This document shows positions 1-12,000 of a DNA stretch of 64,000 bases, in pieces. The first letter of the stretch is position 1; the number at the start of each line of letters is the position of its first letter. Under the pieces are notes generated by a model. That model made no database searches, was not told where the DNA came from, and saw nothing but the letters and a program-made list of their open reading frames with translations. Origin of the DNA: Flectonema sp. DT1601 (lineage: Eukaryota); contig OZ025802.1 of the NCBI GenBank assembly GCA_964019425.1, positions 930,001 to 994,000 on the forward strand, in the 5' to 3' direction. A program made the translations under genes and the position numbers.

Positions 1-3000
1 TGGAATGCAACTGCTGGGGAGTGTTTCAAGGAACCGGTGCCAGATTGCCACTGCAAGTTCGACACCAACGACGATACCTACAACAAGCAAAAGTGTGATG
101 CCAACGCGGAGTGCTTCTGGAACGCCCCACTTTCGAAGTGTGAGGTTGACGAGTGCAGTGCGAACAATGCCGGAGCAGTCTGTGCTGCAGCTGGACAGAC
201 GTGCACTGATCCTAACAAGGAGCCGTGCAGCTTACATGATTGGACTTGCGAGTGCACACCTCCTGCTACTGGATCCAAAGTGGCTGATGTCGCTGAATGT
301 GTTCTCGATGAGTGTATCGTAATGGGATGTCCAACATGTGCTAATGGTACCTGCCCAACTGGACAGACTTGTAAGGATCCAAATCCATCAGCTTCTTCAA
401 CAAATGATTGGATGTGTGAATGTGATGATCCAGCAACTGGAAGTGCTATCATCGGAGTTGCTGATTGCAAGATCGATGAGTGCACCTACGACTGCGCATC
501 ATGTGAAAAGAACACATGTGCAACTAAAGGTCAGAGTTGCCTGGACCCCGACCAGTCGTCAACGTCGTTGAATGACTGGATGTGTGTTTGCGCGCCACCT
601 GCTACAGCTAACAAGACGGTGGGCCTCGCTGACTGTAGGTTCAACGAGTGCGACCTCGTCACTGTTTGTGATGCCAATGGACAGAAGTGTGTTGATCCAG
701 ATCTCGAGAAGAAAGACGACTGGAAGTGTGTTTGCAAGGACCCTGCCGTGGGAGCGTCGATCGGCAAGCCAGCGATCTGCGTTTTGAATGAGTGCAACAC
801 AACTTGTGCCACTTGTGCCAACGACACATGCACATCCCAGAACCAGGTTTGTGATGATCCAAACAAGTCTGAGACAAGCACCGGTGACTGGACTTGTACT
901 TGTGTCCCCCCGGCAACAGGCCAGGCTACCGGAAATAACGCTGATTGTCTGATTGATGAGTGTACCTACACGTGTCCAACATGTGCGAACACCACCTGCA
1001 GTGACGACAGTCAAGCCTGTCTTGATGCCGACAAGACTTCGACTTCGCTCGGGGACTGGGAGTGCATCTGTCCTCCACCGTCTAACGCAACTCAGCTAAC
1101 GGGGATTGCTAACTGCAGTATTGACGAATGCGACCTGCACCGTGATATTTGCACGAACCAGGGACAGCTTTGCCATGATCCCAACGGACTGAAGCAGGGT
1201 GACTGGATGTGCATATGCGTTCCTCCATCTAACGGCACCAACGTCGGTGATGTCGCTGCGTGTAAGATCGACGAGTGCGTCGCCACCTGCCCAACGTGCG
1301 CAAACGACACTTGCTCTGCCCAGAGTCAGGAGTGCAATGATCCGGATCCTAGCGCTGACGTTACCGGAGACTGGACATGCAAGTGTGTACCTCCAGCGGT
1401 TGGAAACGCCACCGCCAATGCTGCCCACTGTGTGATCGATGAGTGTACTTTCACTTGTGACACTTGTGCGAACACAACCTGTTCTGATGCTACTCAGGAA
1501 TGTTTCGATAAGGACACCACTTCGACGTCGAAGAATGATTGGGAGTGCGTCTGCCCTCCGCCATCGAACGCAACTGAGGTGACTGCTGTTGCGAACTGCA
1601 GCTTTGACGAGTGTGACCTTCACGGAGACACCTGCACTCGCCACGGACAGGTTTGCAATGACACTGGCCTGCTGACTCTGGATGACTGGGAATGTATTTG
1701 TGTTCCACCAGCAACGGGAAGCAACGTCGGAGACGTCGCAGCATGTCAAATCGATGAGTGTATCGCTGATTGCCCAACATGCGCTGGGACAAACTGCTCT
1801 GATGCACATCAGGTTTGCGTTGACGACAACATGAACGCCACCTCAACTGGAGACTGGCACTGCGACTGTGTTCCTCCACTCAACGGTACGGCGGTTGTCG
1901 ACGCTGCTTCCTGTACCATTGATGAATGTGTTTCAGTTTGTCCAACATGTGCTAATGATACTTGCAGTGGTGTTGGTCAAACTTGTTTTGATCCTGATAA
2001 ATCAGCAACCAACACCAGCAACTGGATTTGTACTTGCGTTCCTCCAGCATACGACTTCGCTGTTGCTCAAGCGGCACACTGTGTAGTGAATGAGTGCCAC
2101 GACCACGAGAAAACCTGTCACGCTGCTGGTCAGACTTGCGAGGACCCGGACACAACACCAAGTGCTTCGGGAGATTGGGTGTGCAAGTGCGTGCCACCAG
2201 CGACGAATGCAGGTACCACTCAACAGGGAGGAGTAGCGATGTGTGATTACCCGGGTGATTGCTCAGATACTATGGTTAGTGATGTTTGTACGAACGCTGG
2301 TCAGGTTTGCGACGACCCAACTGATATCATGACACCAGGTGACTGGACTTGTGAATGTGTGCCTCCGGCAATACTTGCGATGGGAAGCAATCCAGTTCAG
2401 GGAGCTCCGTCTGACTGCGTTCACGACGAGTGTGTGTTGGTTTGCCCAACTTGTGCTGACACCGGATCTGGTAACATCTGTTCTAAACACGGACAGGTTT
2501 GCAAGGACAGCAACACCAGTTCCCTCTCACTGAGCGACTGGGTGTGCGAATGCAACCCTCCGGAGAAGCCAGTTGACCCGAGCGCTGTTGCAGTTGCCAA
2601 GCCTGCTGAGTGTCAATTAAACGAATGCATCGAAACTTGCGCAACCTGTCAAAACGGAAAGTGCAACGGGCAGACTTGCGAAGATCCAAACATGGACCCA
2701 ACGATCACGAATGACTGGACTTGTACTTGCATCGCTCCGGGTGTTGGTGTTGCTACTGGCAAGGAAGCCGCTTGTGTTTGCGATGAGTGTCTGACGACAA
2801 CAGTTTGTGGTAACCAAACCTGTTTCGATACCAACACCTCGTGTCCTGCTGGCAATGACTTCACTTGCACTTGCCAGCCTCCATCGATTGACTTCGATGT
2901 TGCAGCGCCGGCTGTCTGCAAGTACGACGAGTGCAAGGAGAAGAGTGGTGAGTGTAACGCTGTGGGCCAAACTTGTAACGATCCGAATCTCACTGTTGCT

Positions 3001-6000
3001 GGAGATTGGGAGTGCGAGTGCATCCCACCGCAGTTGCCGGATGGCAGGAACTCGACGAATGACAAGCACGCGGTGTGCAAGCTCGACGAGTGTGTTCAGA
3101 CGTGCCCAACTTGTGCCAACAACACGGCCTGTGGGTCGCAGACTTGCAAAGACCCTAACACCGACCCTACGATGGTCGGTGATTGGACCTGTACCTGTGT
3201 TGAAGGTGTTGGTTTTGCAACAGGTAAGCAAGCGGAGTGTGTGTGTAACGAATGCTTAAATACGATGATCTGTGAGAATGCCAACCAGACGTGCTACGAT
3301 GCGGACAAGTCGTGTCCTCCAAAGAATGACTTCGACTGCGAGTGCCAACCTCCATCAGCTGATACCGCAGTGGCAGCAGCCGCAATCTGTACTTACGATG
3401 AGTGCATTGATCACAAGGCAAGCTGTACTCAGGTGGGTCAGGTGTGCAAGGACCCGGACACTGCTGTTGGAGGAAACTGGATTTGCGAATGTGTCGCACC
3501 TCAGGTTCAACAGGGTAACACGGTTCAGGGAAGACCTGTGACGTGTGCGATTCCGGAGTGCGACGTGGTTGGATGTCCAACTTGCGCGAATGACACCTGC
3601 AGTGGAGCTGGGCAGACTTGTTTTGACCCAAATACTGATCCGTCAAGTTTGAGAGACTGGACCTGTACTTGTGAGCTGCCTGGTGTGGGGTTTGCGACGG
3701 GGAAGCCTGCGGACTGCGTTTGCAACGAGTGCCTCAACAGCACGACGTGCTCTGATGCGGACCAGACTTGCCACGATGCCGACAAGTCGTGTCCTCCAAG
3801 GAACGACTTCAAGTGCGAGTGCAAGTTCCCATCGAGCGATTCTGCTGTGGGTCAGGCGGTGGCTGTTTGCACGAACCCGGAGTGTGAGAAGAACAAGGCT
3901 GTGTGCGCGTCTGTCGGGCAAACTTGTGTGGACAACAACATCACGAGGGACAACGACTGGGAGTGTGTGTGCCCGCTGCCATCTTTAGGAATCGGTTTGA
4001 TGCAGCCAGCTGCCTGTACTCTGGTTGAATGTGATCAGACTTGTTCGACTTGTGCTAACGATACTTGCAGCAGTGTTGGTCAAACGTGTTCGGAGGTGAG
4101 CACCGACCCAACGGATGTGAACGACTGGGAATGTGTTTGCAAACCGCCTGCGACCGGAAGAGCCAGCGGTGCGGCAGCGCACTGCGAGCGTGACGAGTGC
4201 AAGGAGCACGGGGACAAGTGTACTCTGAACTGCAAGACTGGTTCCCTTGACTGCGCACAGAAGTGCGTTGATCCGGACAAGTCGGTTACGTCGCTGAACG
4301 ACTGGAAGTGCATCTGCGAGCCTCCTTCGAGCAACTACGCTGTTGGGAAGTCAGCGAAGTGTTCGGTTGATCCGTGCGTGGCGGACAACGAGGAGGCGTG
4401 CCTGAACGACAATGCCGGATGTGAGTGGACGGAACTGCCAACCAGAACGTGCAAGAAGATTCCTTGCGAGTTCGACAACCCAGCGAGCTGTAACTCGACC
4501 GCGGACTGCGATTGGGTGAGCACCGCTGGGAGCAGAGGGGGACTGGGAAGCATTTCGTACGACAACGTCAACGCGGTGAGTCCGTTCGCATCGGTGACGT
4601 GCGACGGAATTTCGTTTACGGGTTCCTGCAGCTGCAACATGCTGCTGGGAGCTGCTGGAGAAAAGGGAGGGGCGCAGGTGACGATCGAGGACGGATACTC
4701 GAAGGGATCGGACTCGCTGGAGTGCACCGGGTGCGCGGGAGCTGGAATCGAGTCGGTTTGGAACGCCAACACTGGAACCCTCATTTTGAAGAAGTCGGCG
4801 GGGGCGGGGGCGACTGCGCGCGAGCTTGTGGAGGCGATCAAGACGGTGGCGTTCAGAACTTCATCGAGTGACGGGAACTTGCGTGGACTGACTTGGAACT
4901 TGGGTAACGCGATGTACTCGAAGAGGACGAGCCACTACTACCGTCACTTCACCGCTGCGGAATGCAACGGTGCGGGTGGGGGCTGCACGTGGGAAGAGGC
5001 GCAGAACATGTGTTCCAGCAAGTCATTGTTTGGATTGACGGGTTACCTGATGAGTGTGACGTCTGGGGCTGAGAACTCGCTTGCGAAGGGGAAGTTGGAG
5101 GGATCTGGTTGGATTGGAGCGATGGGAAGCGGAAACTCTTGGAAATGGGTAACTGGACCAGACGCTACGAAGGGACCGTCCCCGTGCCGGTCGTTCACCG
5201 GAGGTGCGTCGAGCTGTGACTTTGCGGGAGTGGACAGCGGGAAGGGATACCCGATCGGTTCAGGGGTGGCGGACCAGTTCGTGGCGGCGCAGGTTCTCGG
5301 ACTTGCTGCGTACAACCAGTGGGATACCTCGGAGCCAACGCAGTCGGGTAGGTTCGCTTCCTTTGCGGTTCCATCTGGTGAATGGTCGACACCTGGATCT
5401 TCGAGTGACGGATTCATCTGCGAGTGGGGAGAGATCGGGAACGCGTGCCTGGCTACGGCGGATGACTTGTGGGGAACGGTCGACCTGGTTGCGGGAGTCT
5501 GCAAGGAGAAGAGATGTACCGAGTCGTCGCAGGCGGAGTGCGAGGTGGATCCGTTCTGCAACTTCGTTGGTGGAAACGTCGACCCTTGCGTGCCAAAGCC
5601 ATGTACCGAGTACCCTGATGAGAAGAGTTGCGACAAGGATGAAAGATGTGATTGGGACACCAGCGTTGCACCGGGGCTCTGCAGTGAGACGGTGTGCGAG
5701 AAGTTGAAGACGGCCGAACTGTGTGAGAAGCACCCTGACTGCGACTGGGACACGCTGACTGGACACTGCAAGGAACAGATCTGCCCTGTGAACACCGACC
5801 GATGCTCGTGTAACGAGGAGCCGAAGTGCTTCTGGTCGGACTCTGCGGATGCAGCTGCGAGACAATGTGTAGACTCGAAGTACGCGTTGTGCCCGGTGAT
5901 GGATATGATTATCATGTTCTCGGGTACGAAGAACATGGCTCAGGTATTCGGACGTCACCCTGTTGGGTTCGACGCGGTGACTTCGATCTTGAGGGATTGG

Positions 6001-9000
6001 GTGTCGACGATGTACTTGACGGGTGAGAGGTACACTGTGAATCCGTCGGTGGCGAACGGTGGGGGGGTGAGAGTTGGTTTGGTGCAGTTCGCCGGAGAGT
6101 TGGCGCCGTCGACGACTGTGGTGACGAAGGCGGTAAGGACCTCTCCAACTGGTGTCGGTGAGAGCGGACAACTGTCTGGAGACATGAACGAGCTCCTTGA
6201 GGGGATCACCTACCACGAGTCGAACTACTTGATGGGACAGGGAGCCTACATTGTTCCTGCTTTGGAGAAGGCGTCGAGCATGTTCACGTCGACTCCGATT
6301 GGTAGAAAGAGGGTGTTGATTGTGTTGACCGGTTCAACGATCAAGGACATCGATCAGGTTCAACCTAGCCAGAACAAGTTGGAGACGCAGGGAGTGGAGA
6401 TCTTCGGAGCGGTGATCCGCAGAATGGACACGAAGACCGCTGAGGACATCAGGGCTGAGGCTGCGATGAAACCGTTGGCGACTGATCCTGCTGTTGACCA
6501 CTCTGATGGCATCAAGGTCGACGATTTGGAGGCAATCCTGCACGGAATCTGCGATCCAAACTCGAAGTGGAACGTCGCGACGTCACCGGCGGTGCCGCAG
6601 GCTGGAGTGCACAAGCCGTGCGCTCAGTATGGTTCCCAGAAGGACTGCACGGCGGACAAGGGATGCGTGTACTCGGGAGTGTTCCAGAAGTGCGAAGCTT
6701 CGCCGTGCATTGCGCACTGTGGGGAGGTTCAGTGCAACGCGGACAACGTGAACCTGTGCGAGTGGGACGCGGCGAACCAGACGTGCTGGAAGCGTGAGCT
6801 CTGTCCACACCACAACTCGACCGCTTGCGAGGACGACCCTGCGTGTGACTGGAACTCGAGCGCTTCGACGGTGGAAGACAAGTGTGTCGAGAGGGAATGC
6901 AACTACAAGTCTGAGCAGGAGTGCGCTGCCGAGGTTCTCGTGAAGTGCGACTGGGATTCAGCGTCCAGAACCTGTGGATTGACACCTTGCCAGCACGCGA
7001 ACGAGACGAGTTGCACTGCGGATGCGTCTGAGCATTGCGAGTGGGACGTCTGCGTGGCATCGCACAACTCGGCGGATGCGTGCAGGAAGGATCGCTGCCT
7101 GGACTACGGAGCGGAGTACAGCAACTGCACCCAGGACCCGATGTGTAGGTGGGATGCCCTCGCCGGAAACGGGAAGTGCTTGCGCAAGACTTGTACCGAA
7201 TTCGGAGACGAACGTTGCTGCAATGACCAGGACGGATGCTTCTGGGACATCAGCGTGTCGCCGGCGCTGTGCAGTGAGAAGCTGTGCGAGTCGTTGAAGC
7301 AAGACCAGGGTGCATGTGGAACTGAGCCAACTTGTGAATGGGACAGCGCGAAGAACACGTGCGTTGACAAGGATTGCAGTGTGATGGAAAGATGTGACTG
7401 CGAGAAGGACGTGGACTGCTTCTGGAGATCTGCGAACGGGACGGAGTCGTGCACGTGGAAGAGCTACGGCGAGTGCCCGGCAATGGACATGGTGTTGCTG
7501 TTGGGAGGATCGTCGACGATGGGGCTGCCGTTCGGAAGACACCCGAAGGGATTCAACGGAATGACCGAGGCACTGAAGAAGTGGGTTGCGACGATTCCGC
7601 TTTCAGGGGAAGCTGCCTCTGTTGGACTGGGGAGCAAGCCGACGGGGATCCGAGTGGGAGTTGTGCAGTTTGGGGGAGAGAACAAGGACGGTGGGAACCC
7701 AGGAAGGGCGGACGCGAAGACGGCGCCGGTGGGTGTCGGAGCTGCGGGGCAGTTCAGTGGTGACGTGGCTGAGCTGAAGGCGGACTTGGACTGGCAGGAG
7801 GACAACTTCTACGGAAGCGGGATGATGATCGCCAACGGTCTCGGAGTTGCTGAGAGAATGATGAGAGACTACTCTCCACAGGATGGAAGAAAGAAGGTTG
7901 TCGTGATCCTCGCGGACGGGAAGATGTACGACACGGACACCGTGTCTGGAACGATCGCGTCGATGCAGGTTCAGGGTGTGGAGGTGTTCGGGGCGGCGAT
8001 CAGAAGGCAGCCGGTGAGCACGCTGGTTGACCAGAACGCGGTGGCTTCCCTTCGAACGATCGCGACTTCGCCAAGCAGCGGGCACGTTGCGAACATCGTT
8101 CTCGACGAGTTGGTGGACACGACTAAGAGTTTGGGAGGGATCTGCGACAGCAACGCGTTCTTCGGAAAGCTGCTGGTGGACGCGCAGCCGGACACGACGG
8201 TGGCGGTTGGAGGACAGCACAAGCCGTGTGATCAGCATCTCGAGAAGTCGCCTTGCAACATCGACCCTGGTTGTGTTTGGTTTGATGCGTCTCTGTCTTG
8301 TGTTGAGACCCTCTGCATGCAGCACAGCTGCAACCAGAGTTCTTGTGAGCAGGACGTTGCCAATGGATGTGTTTACGAGACGGCCACCCACAGGTGTTGG
8401 AAGGAGCCAAAGGACTGCTCGCTGTACACGAACATGACGAAGTGTGCTGAGGACGCGGAGTGCCAGGCATCTTCGGACAAGACTACCTGTGTGGACAAGA
8501 AGTGCGACCACGACGACGAGAAGGGATGCATTGCCGATTCAGACTTGTGCGTGTGGGACAACCTGCAGAGCATCTGTGGAGAGAGGCCGTGCAGCGCGAC
8601 GACCGAGGCGGACTGCAAGTTGGCAACTGGGGAGCAGTGTGTTTGGAACACGTTGCTTCCGGTGAACGGAACAACTGAGTCGTTCGCAAAGGGGAAGCCG
8701 ATGCAGCCGTTCAACAGCGTTGGGACGACTGGATACCCGGAGGACTGCTCTGCGGGGATGTTCGCTGGCGGGTCTTGCAGCTGCGCGACGACGCTGAGCG
8801 AGGCGCACGTGGGGGTCGAGGAGGGATACACTCCGAGCAAGGATGTGTTCGAGTGTCCGAAGTGCGCGTCTCTCGGAGTCAACACTGAGTGGAACTCGGC
8901 GACCGGAATCATGACCCTCAGAGCGGCGGGTTCGGCGGCGGGGGGGACGGCGGACACGTTCTTGAAGGCGATCCGGGAGGTGACCTTCACCACGACGTCG

Positions 9001-12000
9001 GACGACGGGAACGCGAGGAAGCTGACGTGGAACTTGGGGGGAGCATTCTACTCGTCGAACACGGGACACTACTACAGGTACTTCGCGAAGTCCGAGTGCG
9101 GAGGCGTGCAGGGAGGCTGCAGATGGGACGAAGCGAAGACTGCCTGCGAATCGGACTCGAGGATGATCTTCGGGTTGAGGGGATACCTTCTTTCGATCAA
9201 CACCGAGACCGAGACAAAGGCCCTGATGGGGAGAATCTCCGGTGAAGGTTGGATCGGTGCGACCGATGCCGGGGCGAACGAGGGAGAATGGCGTTGGATG
9301 ACGGGACCTGAGGCACTGACGGGAACAACTCCGTGCGGAGCGTTCGGCAACAACAGGGCCAGCTGCGACGTTTCGATTGACCTCGCGAGCGGTAAGTTGG
9401 TGGGAGCGGACGCTGCGAAGGGTGTTTCGATTGGATCGGGAGTGGGATCGAGATTCACTGCGGTGTCGTACGCAAACTGGGCGATTGGGCAACCGGATGA
9501 CAGCCACACGGCGTGTCCTGGAAGCTGTGCTGCCTGGGGAGAAGACTTCGCGCAGTACTCGATCCCATCCGGTACGTGGAGGGACGCACCGGGGGATGCG
9601 AGCGACGTGGCCGGGTTCGTGTGCGAGTGGGGAGGAGTCGGAAGCCTGTGCGTGCAGTCGAACGCGTTTGGATCGAAGTTCGTGACGGCCGGTGTGTGCG
9701 AAGAGAAGAAGTGCACGACGGACATCGAAAGCGAGTGCAAGAGAGACCCATACTGCAAGTGGGAGAACAACACGTGCGGGATCAAGAAGTGTGCCGAGTA
9801 CCCGGATGAGGTGACTTGCGAGCAGGATGAGATCTGTGACTGGAACCCAGCGGTTTCGCCGGCGATCTGCGAACAGAACCCATGTACGAGGTACCTGGAC
9901 AACAGCACGTGCGAGGCGGACAGCAACTGCATGGTGGACCCTACCGGAAAGGCGAAGAGCCTCTGCGTGGACAAGGACTGCAATGAATACGACAAGTGTA
10001 AGTGTAAGAACGACGTTGAGTGCTACTGGAAGAACAACAGCTGCGTGAACAGCAACTACGGGGAGTGTCCGACTCTGGACATCGTGGCGATCGTCGACGG
10101 TTCGGGATCGATGTCGCAGTCGTTCGGACGTCACCCTCACGGATACTACGGACTGGTGTCAATCTTGAAGGACTGGGTGAAGAACCTTCCTCTGTCCGGG
10201 GAGCTCGCGAACATTGGTGCGGCGTCGACGCTGACTCAGAAGACGAGAGTTGGGTTCGTTCAGTTCTCGGGTCACCCGCAATACAGCGATCCTGCGACTG
10301 GTGTGTGGAGCGGTCCGATCGTGAACGACGTTGCGACGACGCCGATGGGAACTGGAGCCGGGGGAAGGATCTCGGGATCCATCACCGAGTTGAACGGAGA
10401 CCTGGCGTGGCACCAGTCGAACTACCTGGATGCCGGTACCTACATCGCGAACGCGTTGATTACCGCGAATGACATGTTCTCGAAGCAGTCGCCGCAGGAC
10501 AGCCGTACCAAGGTTTTGATCATCTTCACCGACGGAGTGATCTCTGACATCGACAAGACGTCGACTCCGAAGTCTTCACTGGAAGGGAAGGGAGTTATGA
10601 TCTTCGGTATAATGATCCGCAGAGGTGATATTCCATCAAGCGTTGACCTGACGGCTGAGGAGACGCTGAAGAAGATTGCTTCGGAACCGAACCGAGTGTA
10701 CAACCTCCAAATTGATGACATTCCGGACGTTCTGTCGAAGGTGTGCGACCCTACCGACAAATGGGGAGCTGAGATTGCGAAGGTTCCAAAGTCGCAGACG
10801 GGAGTGCACTTGCCTTGTCAGTTCTACGTTGAGAAGAAGCCTTGTGATGTGGACCCTGGATGTCTGTGGTCGGATGTGCTGTCTTCGTGTACCGACAGTG
10901 TGTGCATCGGGTACTGCAGCGAGCAGGATTGCGTTGCGGACACGGCGAACCATTGCAAGTGGGAAAACGACGAGTGTGTGAAGTTCAAGCCTTGCTCGTA
11001 CACGCAGAAGGTGCAGTGCGAACAAGACACCGAGTGCCGATTCAACGACACGTCGAACGAGTGCGGTGAGAAGCCTTGCACGCACAGCGACGAGAACAGC
11101 TGCGTTGCGGAGACGACGTACGAGTGCGAGTGGGTGCCGGGTACCCAGGAGTGCATTGAGAAGCCTTGCGTGCAGCTGACGGACTCGGGGAGCTGCGCGG
11201 CGGACGCGCAGTGCGAGTGGGACTCGGCGTGCGACAAGGATGTGTGCATCAAGAAGGTGTGCCAGCACGTGGCGATGGACCAGTGTGAACTGGACACGCT
11301 CTGCGCGTGGGTGGGGAGCGCGTGCCAGCGCAGGACTTGTGGAAACCTCGTCGACGAGAAGTGCTGCGTTGAGGACGAGCAATGCTTCTGGGACGTGTCT
11401 GCCGCACCGGGAGTTTGCAGAAAGGAGCCGTGTTTGGAGTACAACTCGACGAACTGCAACGACCAACGGGAGTGCCGTCTGGACACTTCCAACAACTGCA
11501 AGCCGAAGGACTGCGTGAACTACGACCAGTGCTCTTGCGAGGGTGACGCCGACTGCTTCTGGATCGCGGCGGCCCAGACTTGCACGTCGTCAGCTTACGG
11601 ACAGTGCCCGACGATGGACATCGTTTTGCTGATCGACGGTGGGGATTCGATGAAGAAGGCGTTCGGGCGTCACCCGTTTGGATTCTACGGGTTGACGAAC
11701 GTGTTGAGGGACTGGATGATGACTCTTCCGTTGAACGGGGAGTCGGGATCGGTCGGTAGCAACTCGAGGAGCGGGACGGACCAGGCGAGAGTGGCGATCG
11801 TGCAGTTCGCGGGAAGTGAAATCTGGGCGCCCGGGAACGAGCGTCAGTACCGAGTGTCGCCACCGGGAGTCGGAACTGGTGGGAGACTGTCGGGAATGAG
11901 GTCGGAGTTGGTTGCCGACTTGGCTGACCACGAAGCGAACTTCATGGGGGCGGACGCGGCCCTGCAGCCGATCCCGAGGAAGACGTACTTGCTTGGAGGT

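Noticed and set aside
10621..10629. RGD tripeptide in a VWA domain
   Set aside because: Expected by chance in 13,000 aa; the aligned position in other units is RRF, RRS, RRQ or RKG.
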